DNA of 64,000 nt from Yuukianura sp. NJ FZ-2021. Its lineage: Eukaryota. How positions within the stretch are numbered: the stretch's first letter is position 1; every line of letters starts with the position of its first letter. Under the pieces are notes generated by a model, which was not told where the DNA came from, did not search any database, and saw only the letters and a program-made list of their open reading frames with translations. Of this stretch, positions 1-12,338 are shown piece by piece. The DNA lies in the NCBI GenBank assembly GCA_046563655.1, contig CM102288.1, forward strand, positions 5,580,001 through 5,644,000, given 5' to 3'. The translations under genes were made by a program, and so were the position numbers.

Positions 1-342
1 GTATTTAAATAATTAATATAAAAAATTTATTTTTTTGTGTTTTTTAAATTTCACGTTATATACACAATCAGTTAAGTAAAAATTGATTAAAACGTGTAAT
101 AATATAATATAATTAATGAATTTTAATTAATTAATGAATAATTAATATAAAAAGTCGATTTTTCCATTCAAGTTTCTAAAAAAATCAATTTTTTACGTTA
201 ATTATTCATTAATTAATTAAAATTCATTAATTATATTATATTATTACACGTTTTAATCAATTTTTACTTAACTGATTGTGTATATAACGTGAAATTTAAA
301 AAACACAAAAAAATAAATTTTTTATATTAATTATTTAAATAC
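1..342. repeat. Long AT-rich inverted repeat (foldback/hairpin), may extend left of the window
   Basis: 1-~163 (gtatttaaataattaatataaaaaatttat...) is the near-perfect reverse complement of ~179-342 (...ataaattttttatattaattatttaaatac), with a short loop. Confidence 0.85.
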
Positions 343-793
343 TAATTAAAATTAATTAATTATATTATTAAAAGTATTGATTTTTATCAACATTCATTTA
401 TTTTTCACTTTTGCCATTTTTTTACCAAATTTAAATTAATTATGCCGCACCCGCCCCCGCGCCCCTTTTTTGCACGCGGGCGCACCCCTCTGCTACTCCA
501 AACTGATGAACACCTTATTTACCATAGATAGTACTTGTTTTGTTTTCAGTTTAGAACGCATCAGCAAAAAAGGGTGTGCACAAGTTGCACTAACAGGTTT
601 TTCAAAAGCTGTCGTTTTTGGAAAAAAAAACGAGCGGTTTTTTGAAACCATGAATTTCATGGGAAGGTTGGTGAGTGCGACTCGAAAACGAAAAACGGGT
701 TTTAAGTTTCCTTAGAAACAGACCGAATCCGTCATTTTTGGATAAACGGTTTTATGAAACCGGTTTTCATCTAAATGAGGTCCAGTTCCATTA

Positions 794-1392
794 AAAAGTT
801 GTGCAAAAATAAAAAAAAGATTTGATTTTCAGTTTTTCACTGTTGCACACTTACGTCAAAACTGTGCATAAGTGGGAGGGAGAAAACCTCCAAAAGCGCA
901 CAATTGAAACAAAATTGAATGAAAATAGGTTCGAAGTGAATCCAGTTAAGATTGTGTTGAGATGTGTGCACAAAAATGTCGATGACAACTTGGGAAATGT
1001 GCAAAAGGGACAACACAAAATGAGAATCAAAACGGTTTTGCTGCTCATTTTGCTTTGCTGTCACTGCAAAAAAATTTGCCTTCGTCTTTGGTTCCGATGT
1101 TTCACCGTTTTGATGCACAGGGGGGAATTTTGTTGTGAATGTGTACAACTACGATGAGTCACGTGTACAGAATATATGCGCTAAATGTACAACAAACTGC
1201 ACAGTATACATGCTTAGGTGCAAAACTACACAAAAGTGCATAAGTTAGCGACTTTTTTTAACGTTTTTCTGCAATGCAAAAAAAATGGATATGTCAAAAC
1301 TTTTTGAGTTGCAACTTCAACACTCAACTGTAAAGTTAAACTTCAAAAAAGTTGTGCAGAGTTGTACTGTTTTGCATCTTTGCACAACTTTT
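794..1392. mobile_element. Possible MITE-like element in a dynein intron
   Basis: 14-bp inverted repeat aaaagttgtgcaaa (794-807) / tttgcacaactttt (1379-1392) with internal tgtgca/tgcaca motifs; no clear TSD. Confidence 0.3.
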
Positions 1393-1398
1393 GGTTAC

Positions 1399-4300
1399 CT
1401 TCGGATAGAACATGATTGGATTTGTCCAACTGAAACTTGTCGATGATTTCTTCTCCAAGTGAAGCCGTCGCTTGAATTGAGAGTTCAATCAAGTCATCCA
1501 CTAGGTCCCGCGCTTTCAAACTTTTCGAATGAACAGTCTGAAAACATAAAAACTGAATTATGAATGGAGAAATATCAAATGCTGCCGAAAAAAAATTCAT
1601 ACAGTCGTTCCTTCTCGTATGCACTTGTAGTTGTTGTCCAGCAGATCGTCAAGTGTCCATGGCAAATTCAAAAACTCGGCACAGAGTATGATGTCTTCCA
1701 TCTCAGAAAATGTCCGCATGATTTGAAATTCAAAGAAGTCTCGTATCCTGTTCAAATTCGCATCATAAACAGCAAGGTTGCATAGAATTATGTAAGTAGT
1801 ATGCAGTACAATTATCTAATGTAGATATGTAAATATGTAACCAAATGATGTTAATTATGTTTTGTTACTGGAAGGACAGTAGTCCAAAGTCCTTGATGGT
1901 TTGGAGGAACGTTTGAAAGTAATTTTCAAAGAGAGGACTGGTCCAGTTGAGAGTAGTAAGTGCCGGTTGGAAGAGAGTCGCTAGCCGTATTATCATTGGA
2001 AACATAAATGGGCGGATTTCTCGCGCCACCAAACTCACAGCAGATTCAAATCTCTCAACTAGCATCTAAAAACACAAAGTACAAAGTAATTAGAGTGTCA
2101 TAAATTAATTGAATCCTAATTAATTACTTCATATCTTACGTCAAGCTTATCAGAGATGTCCTGGAAATGGTGTGACTTTGTCAGCAGGGCTTTGATTGGT
2201 AGCGGCACTTCCACTCCCATTTTGAGTAAGCAGTCACCTAAAACATTTTTTTTAGTGTTGGCCCTGATTAATTAGCATAATAACTAACTAGAAAAGAAAA
2301 TTTTGAATTTCACCTTCTGCTATCATTGTTGTAATTTGCTGACTCAAGTTGACATTGAGCGACTCGTCTTCTGGATCCAGGAACAGCAGCATCTCCTTCA
2401 GCGGTTCCTCAATCGTAGACAGCTAAAAAAAAGTGCAAAATTTTTAAAGTTTTGATCTTCCGTTTTTAAGCACATAAAATGCAAACCTTGAATTCGGATG
2501 TCCATCGCTTGAGGAGTTTGACTTCATACGAAGCTGCTTCGACTGCAAACATGTTGTACTCCTTGACTAGCTGACCGTACTGCGGCAGTTCCTTCAAAAC
2601 CGGGTGAGAAGCAAAGTCGTTCGTGAAGCTCTCTAGCTGTTGCACCATCGACCGAATCCACATCACTTTACCTAAATTACAAAATCTTGTGGTGACCTAA
2701 ACTTTCGAACCATATTGGATTTTGAAGTTTGGACCAATGCCATGGAGCTACTAACGTTATCATTAGCAACTCCTAATAGCTGAAATATGAAACTAAAACT
2801 GACCTCCGACTGGAGGCATTCCTCTGGGCGGATCAATTGTATCTCGTTTTTTCAAAAATATTTTCCTGGTAGTTCGAATTCTGGCGGCAAAGTATTTTGA
2901 AATTCGGTCGTACTTGTCGTCAAATGACGAAATGAGCGGCACCTTTAAAAAAATGTACGCTTTTACTCCATCACGTAAAATCACCACGCAATTTCAACAT
3001 CAACATAATACACACTTCAAATCAAGCATCAGCTGATGCTGAACTTTCGAACTTTTCAGCTTACCAGCTTCGTAACTTCTTCCATCCTCTTCAGGAACTT
3101 GATCGCTTGTGGACATTCCCAAACCTGTGATTGATTGTTAAAACATTAGCAGTTTAAACTCAAATTTAAGGTAATCGGAGTTTACTAATTAAGGTAATCG
3201 CCCTGTCTTACATTTTGGTAGCTGTTTTCCACCATTTTTCCCAGTACGACCCTGAGTCCCTCCGACTTCTCGATGAACTCTTTGTAGTCTTTGTCTACCT
3301 CTTTGTTTCTGTAGTCAAGGTGATTGTACTCCTTCTCAGTCAAGAGTGTCACGGTGACCTTGAACTCTTTTTCCTTCTCTTCCAGCGTATCATCCCACAG
3401 AAGACCACACACATGGGTCTCAAAGAGACGCTCGAATCCATCCAAAATGTCAAAAACAGACAAGATTCGACGCAATCTGTCGCAAAAGGAGTTGAACTTA
3501 CCGAAGACATAGTTTTCACTGATGCAGAAGTCGGGAGGTCTCTTGATCTTCCCCTTGTCGAAGCTCTGTCTGTAACATTTCTTGTAGGTTTTGTTCAACT
3601 CCAAGCAATCCAGAATCTGTTGACGAACGACACGACGAGGTTGGTTCCAGATAGTAAACTTCTTGCCTTTGGTCAAATAGTCCTTGCATCGAGCGATCAG
3701 CTGATTCGTCATCTGTAAATTCAAATTATAAGGGACGTTGGTTATAAAAACTGTATGGTAGGTGAAAATATAATTTAAATAAGTTTTACCTTGATGAGGA
3801 GATGAGAGATTCTCTCTGATGTGTTGTAGAACATAGAAGTTTTCTGGATCATCGTCACAGTTTGGATGAGGCAGTTGACATCATCCCGAATTGTCACTGG
3901 ATCGTCCAAGTAGAGCGACTCGGAAATGACATTTATCCTATCGATATAGGCTGCTACATCCTTTGCTTCCGTAAAGCAAAACAACACGCGTTGTTCCAAT
4001 CCTTTCCAAAGCTTGTTCACATCTGATCCTGAATACTGGACACAAAACAGCATCAGCTTCATTTCCGGTGACTTGAGTCTACGATGCACCAAGGCGAGCT
4101 TTGAAGCCCGACTCTTCCAGTACTCCACTTCATCTTGTGGCCCATTCCAGTCCATTTCCTTACGAAGTCGATTCGATTCTGAAACTATCTGGGTCACCAC
4201 GTTACCGTATCTCCGCATGAAAGATTCCAGTTCCACCAACTTATCCGATGTTCGGGCAATTCGTCTCAGCTCTTCTCCAGTTTCATTTCCAGTGACAATT

Positions 4301-5811
4301 CCTGGAGACTCTGTTAGCGTTGCATAGTCCACTTGAACAGACTCCAAAACACGTAGACTAGAAGCAAAAAGTCTCAACACGGGAATCAGATGTTGTCGAA
4401 TCGCTGTTCTGACACCGATTTTGTAGTCGTTGTCATCAGCTGTCGAAGAGAGGGCGAGCAGACATGGAACAAAGACATGCTCAAATGTTTTCCATAGTGT
4501 ACAAAACGGCAGACCGGCCTGTGTCGCATCCAGCTTCCCACACATGATTTCCTATTATTGTTTTTATATTAGTATCGTAATAAAATACGTAAATCGCAAA
4601 TGACACTTTCAATCAAATTAATTAACTAGCTCGGTTTAATTTAGCGGCAATCGCACACTGCAACATCAAAACGATCAGTAACTTTGATAAGAGACACGAC
4701 GACTATACCTTTGGATTTTAGCAACCTGCGAATCGCAATGATGAAAACTCATACCTTGTTAGTCGAAACGAGCTTTACCTAGCTTAATCGATTCCGTTTC
4801 GACTAATAGATTCATTAATCGATGATTAAACGATTAACGTGATAGTGTCAACTCCAAGTGTTGTATATAAACAAAGACTAGGATTGCACGATTTGTCCAA
4901 GGAAAGCGGACAAGAGAAGAGACACAACAAATTCAGCTGAGGAGACAAAGGAAATGGGGTTGGCGTAAGGTTTAACGATACTCGTTGTAGTCGCACGATG
5001 TAATCACTTTGTAGCTACAATGGGTGGCAATGCTGTTTGGCTACTGATGTTGCCGTTTAAGTTTTGGTGGGACTGGCTACAAATATTGCCACTTAGATGT
5101 AGGCAACTATTGTAGTTTAATTAATTAGCTAATTTATATTATCTTCAGCAGTTGTCAATAATTAAATTAAAACGAGCAGTTCACCTAATACCAAAAATAA
5201 GTAAAAACTTAACCTTGAACTTACCCTGAAGCAGTTCTCTTCTGTGATTGGTCGACTGGGTCCAGAGCACTTTAAGTAGTGAATTCCCACTCCCGTTAAA
5301 ACCTTTGTTTTTCCTTCTTCGCAGGCGACCATCAGTCGCTTCTTCTTGGCTGTGGACAATACCAGTTGCTTCGGCGGACTTCCACGAGAAGGCTTGCTTG
5401 TCTGGAAACAAACCGACGCATGCGTTAACATGCTTGTTTTGATTCTGTTGAAAAACAAAAAGTTCTTGCGCACTGAAAACTGAGACTTACAGGAGCATGT
5501 TCCGAAACTGGTTCGGAGCTGTCCAACTGGAAGTAGAGGACAAGTGAACAGGCGCCACGCGGAGTCAAAAAAGTACTGAAACTGGATCCCTTTTCAAATT
5601 ATTCTCAAATTGAAAACACGGAAATTTAAAAATTTCGAAACTTCAAAAAATTTAGACGTTACTTTCAACATCTAGTATGCCTTACCAATGCGGCAGCATG
5701 AATCTGTTCATGTAATTCACTCCTACTAATTTCAAGTGCATCAGCTAAAAATGAATACAAATACTCCAGACGTCCGTCACTTTCGGCTCGACGCTTCCCG
5801 CCGTCCGCCAT
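1399..5811 (-). CDS. Axonemal outer-arm dynein heavy chain (DNAH5/DNAH8-like), 5' part only, multi-exon; presumably continues beyond the left edge
   Basis: ATG at 5811 (MADGGKRRAESDGRLEYLYSFLADAL). Exons encode N-terminal dynein motifs GPQDEVEYWKSR, FYNTSERISHLLIK|MTNQLIARCKDYL, IWNQP, SENYVFGKFNSFCDRLRRI, DPPRGMPPVGG|KVMWIRSM; GT-AG introns; last visible exon ends at a donor near 1399. Confidence 0.88.
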
Positions 5812-6525
5812 TTTCAAATTTTATTTCAGAATTGAACTCTCCGTTCAAAAATTTTTCAGAAATTCGAAAGCAAGAATCTATTTAATTTTTAGTAAAAGTT
5901 TACAAGAACTGGCGTTTGTTGAATCAATACTACACCAATCTCCACATCCCAATTCATCGATTTTCTAAGCGCCCGTGCACATCTACCCTCCTTGACTAAT
6001 AATATTTTCTGGAAGGGTTTCCATGTAATATGGTCAAAAACAATTTCGTCAAAAGTGAAAAGTTCAAAAAATGAGATGATCAAACATTTGTGGCAAGTGC
6101 TACTTTTGATCACTTTCTTACAACACTACTACTACTGCTGAAAGAAATAAAATTGGCGCCAGTTGAACAACAACAAGAAAATGAGTTCTTTATTGAGTGC
6201 AAAATTAAGCCGTAAACGTCTTACGGAAGTACCAGAATGAGCATTAAGGTGTTGTTAAGATGGTATACATACACTTAACCACTTAAAGCAACAAGGTCAA
6301 ACGTCTGTTTACAAAAATATACCACAAGACAGACGCGAAGTAGGTCCAGAATATCCAGAGTCGTTACAGCGATCAGCACACAGACAGACAGACGGACAGA
6401 TAATGGCAAAAATATAAACTAACAAACTACTTTCGCTACTTAAAGAGCATGGCTAAGGTTGATTGAACATAAAGGCTGACTACCTCTAATCGACGACTCT
6501 TCGCCTGCGTAAACACTGACCTTAT

Positions 6526-8171
6526 TTAAAATGCACACAGGAGATCGACCACATTTGCAATGATGATGTCTTGCATGACGGATGGGAATGTGGGTTCGCT
6601 GATGTAAGTCGTCGATGAAATATTGATTCGGATTGGACGCAACGTTTGCAGAAATTTGTCTTGCATTTTGGACACCTTTCGATTTTTGGCGCGGATAAAA
6701 GTTTTGCGGAAATCGCTTGAACAAGCGAAAACGTTTGCTGACATGTCCATGAATATTTTCAATATTGTCACGTTAGCAACAATGAATCCAACTGCCAAGG
6801 TTGATTCCAAGAAGCCGCATTCCGGTGCACAGTAGATTGTGCAAAATAGCATCTCGATTATGCAAATGTATCCAATTATCATCACAGCTCCAAGATAGTT
6901 TTGCATTTCGATATTGAATTCTTGAAACAAAAGTTGCGCCACGTGATATTGACGCAATTGCCCAACATCGTTTTCGTCATCGCACAGTCTGTATTGCATA
7001 AAAGGAGAATAGACAAAGTCGCACAAAATAAGGACACACTAATCCGCTGATACGCTCTTTCGACTTGATTTTTCGTAAACAAGCAGATTGCTTTTTTCTA
7101 CAACAGGTTAGTTCATAACTCAAAATTTTTATTTTTGCTAAATAAGTTGCGCAAAACTGGTTCGCCTTTTTATAGTTATGATTTGTATGTATTGTAATGG
7201 GAAGTGGTTCAAAAATTTGTTTTGACTCAATTTTTGTAAAACTAGGAGTTAATGAATAAACCTGTTGTAGGAAATGCAATTGGTTGCAATAGCAATCTTG
7301 GATTCCGCTGTAACTTTAGCGGACTACTCGTTTGCGTCGAATCACCGAATCAGCGGAATAGTCTGCCCCAAATTGAAATTAACTGCTATTTACATGGGCA
7401 TACCGTGTAGCCAGGTCAGGAATGATGGCATTGGCCGCCCGAAGCGCCATCAACGGCATGCTTAAGGTGAACAAGAACATAAAGTCGATGAAGACGACAA
7501 TCATTGTGACCACACCGAGAAGGCCAACGGCGATTTCGTAGTAACTGCCAAGGATTTGGATCGTGTAGAATCGTGCCAATTTCATAGCATGAGTCTCCGT
7601 TTCAAAGTGTATGAAAACAAGAAATGGCACGATTGCTAATGACAACGACAACATCATCAACAGTGGCCGAATTACTTTGCCTGGATCGGCTTCCAGTTGC
7701 GCCTCTTCCGGAACAGATTCTAATTACATTCATTTTTAAACCGATTCTTACTGTAAATTTTAAATTTGTGCTAAAAAGTAAGAAATGGTCTTACTCAGTC
7801 CTAGCATGAATTCCAGGAATTTTTTCATTAAACTTGCCATAGCGTCGTGCTTAAAGAGCGCCAGAAATTGGAATACCAAGCATTCGCTTATCAATATTGC
7901 AAGACCGGAGGCCACGATACGATCTTTAGTAGGAATATCCGGCACGTTTCGGTCGTACAGAAACATACCGAGGATAACTAAGAAGTGGCCGACAATCAAT
8001 ATGCTTATACCGATTCGGAATCGATACCGGTTTGACGGATTAACGACTATTTTGACCAATGTTTCGCCAGTGGAATCGTTTTTTGTAAACGTAAAGAAAG
8101 TACGGAAAAAGACCAAGAGAGCTTCCAACGTTCAAATAGTTGAACAGTATCAACGATTTTTCAAAAACCAT
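6526..8171 (-). CDS. Gustatory/odorant-receptor-like multi-pass membrane protein, about 4 exons, apparent 1-nt frameshift near codon 25 (pseudogene or assembly error)
   Basis: Hydrophobic exons (7760-8128, 7379-7660, 6526-7026 ORFs); C-terminus KFLQTLRPIRINISS...IIANVVDLL resembles the 38-42 kb paralogues (SLQPLKIYV...LINVLL); ATG 8171 frame MVFEKSLILFNYLNVGSSLGLFPYF is out of frame with the downstream FTFTKNDSTG. Confidence 0.6.
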
Positions 8172-8281
8172 TTCGGTCGTTGCTTTCGTTGCGCAGGGAA
8201 TATAAAACTGCCGTATTTTTATAATTTCTGGGCTATTTTCGCTTTCTTCTGGACCTTTCAGCAGTTCAACGTCTTTGAATT

Positions 8282-9121
8282 CTATAGTCCAAGTCAAAAT
8301 TCCGTACAGATTGTTGATTCGTGAAATTTCTCCGTTGCCCCGACAAACACCCAAATTGACGAAAAATATACCGAGCAGCATTGTATCCAAGTTTGCACAA
8401 AGTTTTAATTTGCATTTTAACTAAATTTTAATTTATTTCTTAGTTAAGGGGCGACGGTAACGTAATTTAATTAAGAGTCATGCCCAACTCCGTATGGTTG
8501 ATCTTTGAATGGGGAAGTCTCGAGTATTTTTTACAACAACGCATTGCAATGGTTTGTTCTTTGTTTTGTATTTTCATCGAGCTTTAACAAATGCAATTTT
8601 TCGAAAAGTTCTTTACTCATCCACAATTAGAATGACAGTACTTTCGCATTAAATGCGAACGTACTGTCTACAAGTTAGCAAGGGAATCCCGTTCGGTGGA
8701 CGGAATTGCGTCCCCGAAAAACAAAAACGCTGGCAGAAAGAAAATTGTTCTGAATTCTTTTGATGAAGGTGTAATCCGAAGAATAATTCTCACTGCTTAC
8801 TCCACTCCAACAAAATTGTTCCAACAGTGGAATACGTCCAGAGTCCTGCGTGATGACCCCTATTTAACGTCAACTTAACGTCAACTTAAGTTCAAAGTTA
8901 GCAAATATGAAGGGAAGCCAGTGCCACTCGATCTAATAGAACTCGAATAATTTTTCCTATTTTTTTTTAGTTCGAATTGGGTAGCGCGTACCCACTTTAA
9001 ATTTACAGTACTTTTTCATTCAGAAGGGTGCATTGTGGTTAGTTTTGCCGTAGCGTAACCATGGGGAAAAATACGAATTTTGAAATAAACAATCTGTACG
9101 GAATTTTGACTTGGACTATAG
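8282..9121 (+). mobile_element. Internally deleted Tc1/mariner-type DNA transposon with a transposase N-terminal remnant
   Basis: Perfect 34-bp inverted repeats ctatagtccaagtcaaaattccgtacagattgtt (8282-8315 / 9088-9121) including TA ends; internal ORF 8696-8878 SPKNKNAGRKKIVLNSFDEGVIRRII resembles the GRPK/HTH region of DDE transposases. Confidence 0.75.
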
Positions 9122-9639
9122 CACTAGTTTTCACTAGTTTTTGTCGATGATATGCAATTTCAAATGCCACAGGAACCAGTTAATCGAAAATTGAAAAAAC
9201 ACTAATTTAAAAAAGTGGAACCACCTCCGTCATTGTGGTTGAAAAAGTGAAATTCATTTTTTTGTTTTACAAATTTAATAAATTGGAAAGCCAAGTTATG
9301 AAAACAAATAAATTATTAAACGTAAACGGATTTCACGCCCACTTTCCAATTAGAATTTGGAATTAGAATTCTAAAAAATTGGATCTGACTTCCGTCATTT
9401 CTGAAAAAAAACTTGTCGCTTTTTAAAACTTTTTGAGCGAAGCTAAACTTGCCAACACATTGATATTAAATACACAAAAATTTGAATTTTGAAGTTTAGT
9501 GTAGAAATACAAAAATGGCGGGTTAGAACGTAAAAAGAAACGAGTTTCGGAATCAATGAAATCTTTTTTGGCGGGAAAGTCACTCGAATACAAAAATTTC
9601 ATCACTCGTTTTTTCGACTTTTTTGTGTTTGATACTTTT

Positions 9640-9697
9640 TGTCGACATTTTTGTTTTTGATATTTTTGTGTCGACATTTTTGTTTTTGATATTTTTT
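9640..9697. repeat. Short tandem duplication (~29-nt unit)
   Basis: tgtcgacatttttgtttttgatattttt present twice in tandem. Confidence 0.6.
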
Positions 9698-10150
9698 ATA
9701 TTCTCTCATTTTGTCATTTCCCCTCCATTGTAGTACTAGTGTGCACAGGCAGACTCTATAACCCCTACCAAGGGCCAAAAACAAAGTGATTTTTCTTTTT
9801 CAAAAATAAAAAAGTTGAAAAGTGTTCAAAAATATCAGGAATTTGTTTTGCCTGGGGTGTTGGAAATCGTCAAGAAAAAATCACAACCAAAAATCATTTT
9901 GTCATTGAGTATTTTCCCTCGAGTACTGAGGTTGACTAACCCCTACGAAGGGAAAATAACTTAAGTGATATCGAGTTCCTCATAAGCCGACTACTAGCAG
10001 ATTGAATAAAATAAACACGATTTAACAAATTAACTTCTAGCCTTTTGCACAACCAATATTTGCCAATTTTCAGTGTAAGATTAGCCATCGGTATCGGTGT
10101 TGCTTTGAAGTTTCAAATTTCTTCAACGGGAAATTTTTCGTGGGTCAGAG

Positions 10151-12025
10151 ATGGAATACATTCCAAATGAGGCAACGGCATTATCCACATTATTTCATTT
10201 TTTTAGTAAAAGTTTCTCAATAGCGTGTAGATTAATTGAATAATAATTTACTCCTTGTAGATACTCGCGCATGTCATAAGTCATATGCACAAGGACGATA
10301 TTCCAACGTTGCGCCTCGTGAGTCACCGTTTCAATCAGCTGACAATCCCGTTTGTTCAAAAGTTGTTTAGGGTGGATTTTGGAAAAGTGGCGGACATGGT
10401 TAAATTTGTTTCGGTATTTCAACACAACCAAGCCTTTCTTCGGTTTCAGAAGTTCGGGTTTAGAGGTAATATCTTGTGCAATCCAGAGCTGCGTCGACCA
10501 TTGAAAGAGTTTTGTGCCAAAATGGGTGAATTCGTTACAAGCTGGGAAATACTGGATTCTTCCTACGCCCAAATAAGTACCATATTCTTGGAAAACGTCA
10601 CAACTTTGTTGGAAAACTGCATAAATATACAAGAAATAAGTTGCTACATTTCACAAAACGGGATGACTCCCTATGTAGCCAAAATTCCTTTACTTATCAA
10701 ACTACGCAAAATCAACATCCACTATTACTCGGAGGCAATTCCGTCCACTTCTGACTACACTCAACGTCTGAACCAAATTATAACGAACAAACCAAATCAT
10801 AAACTTCTGAATCGAATTATAAAGAACACGCCAAATCGTCCCAATATTTCAGTGAAGAGTGGACTACTAACACAAGCTGCAAACCTTCTAAATCAGTTGC
10901 ACATACCCAATAACCGAATCGCTGAGGTTGAATGGCATGGTGGGCACCAGATTCCGGCAAGCCCAGATGACCTAAAGGAAATATGTACTACACAACTGCG
11001 GATTGTTGTCTTGCACTTACTGATTTGGTCAGGAGAAAACGTCGACTCCAGATCGATGCCCATGTGGATGTGCAAACAAACTGAAAATGTGGCAGCATGG
11101 ATTGGAAAACTGAAATTTGTTCGCAAGCTTACTATAACGTTTCGACACTCCATGTCTATGATGATCTCTTCTCTTTCTTCCGGGTCGATTCCGTTCCCGA
11201 TTCAGCACATGGCGACTTTACAATTTCTGGAGGTTAGTTGTATATTCATTCCTGCAGTTCCGACTCAAAAGATTGAACTTCCAGCACTGACAGTCCTCAA
11301 GTCCACAAATTGCATCGGTACTTCAGCGGCAAACTTCTCCAGTTCCGTTTTTCCCAACGTAAAATTTGCGCAAATCAGTTTAGAAACTCAAGAAGAAATT
11401 GAAAACTGGCCACTGGTTATACCAAATGTTGAAAATTTGATAGTCAATTCTAAAAGCTTGGAAGGGATTTTTCGATTTCCCAAATTGAGGAAACTGGACA
11501 TAACTATCAACACATACATACTAGAAGAAACCGGTCGCTTGCACTGGAAGCAATTAACAGCCGGGGCTGAATATATGTCGAATACTGCCGTTCTCGATTC
11601 TCCGGTTGAACCGCGAAGCATTACGAATTCGGTCGATTCGTTTGGAAACTTGCCATGTAAGCGTGTTTAAATTTAGAATGAAATTGTAAGCTCATAACAA
11701 TATTTGTTTCATTTCTTGCTTTTAGTTTTGAACTGCTTGAGGTTTTCTAATGAAGGAGTGGACTGTTGGAAAGGACTTATTTACGCAAGTAGAATTGGAG
11801 AGTTAAAACGCCTCCAATGGCTAAGGCTCAGTATGAAAGAATTTGTTATGGTGAGTGGCAATTGATCACTTTTCGAGTTAATTAAATTTTGAGCTAACAT
11901 TAATTTATTTACAAATTTATATTTTCAAATTTCACCTTACTGTAAGCCATCATTTCCTATTTCAGGAGGAGAGATACTTGGAAGAATTGAGGAAATATCA
12001 CGAAGCAGTCAAGTTTGACTGGTAG
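10151..12025 (+). CDS. F-box protein with probable LRR-like C-terminal region, 4 exons
   Basis: Exon 1 10151-10171 (MEYIPNE) plus exon 2 from 10261 (ILAHVISHMHKDDIPTLRLVSHRFNQL) forms an F-box motif; LxxLxI periodicity downstream; exons ~11725-11850 and ~11966-12025 end VKFDW*. Confidence 0.72.
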
Positions 12026-12338
12026 TTCAATGATGTCAAAATGAGTTGTAACATTGTTCTTTCAACAGAGTATGTGAATGTTAAATGTTAGCGTTTTACT
12101 TCTTTTCTTTTTTTTACTAAGATTTACTTTATAAACAATGCGTTCGCATTCGTAGATTAAAGATGAACCAGGCCTTATACCAGGGGAATTCAACTCCAGA
12201 AACTGCAATTATCAATATAATGTATATTTTTCCTGTGAAAACTGATGAATTTGTCATTCGGTATGGCTAGAGTTGCTTCCCGGATTGTAGGATTTCCAAT
12301 TTCAACCCTAATTCGGTTCGTCGACTCTTTTGCATTTT

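Noticed and set aside
822..1157. Overlapping 65-111 aa ORFs on both strands
   Set aside because: No dynein or other recognisable motifs; they lie in a repeat-like intronic segment
1399..5811. Truncated dynein pseudogene
   Set aside because: The last visible exon ends in a good GT donor and the gene can continue past the window edge; no disabling lesion seen
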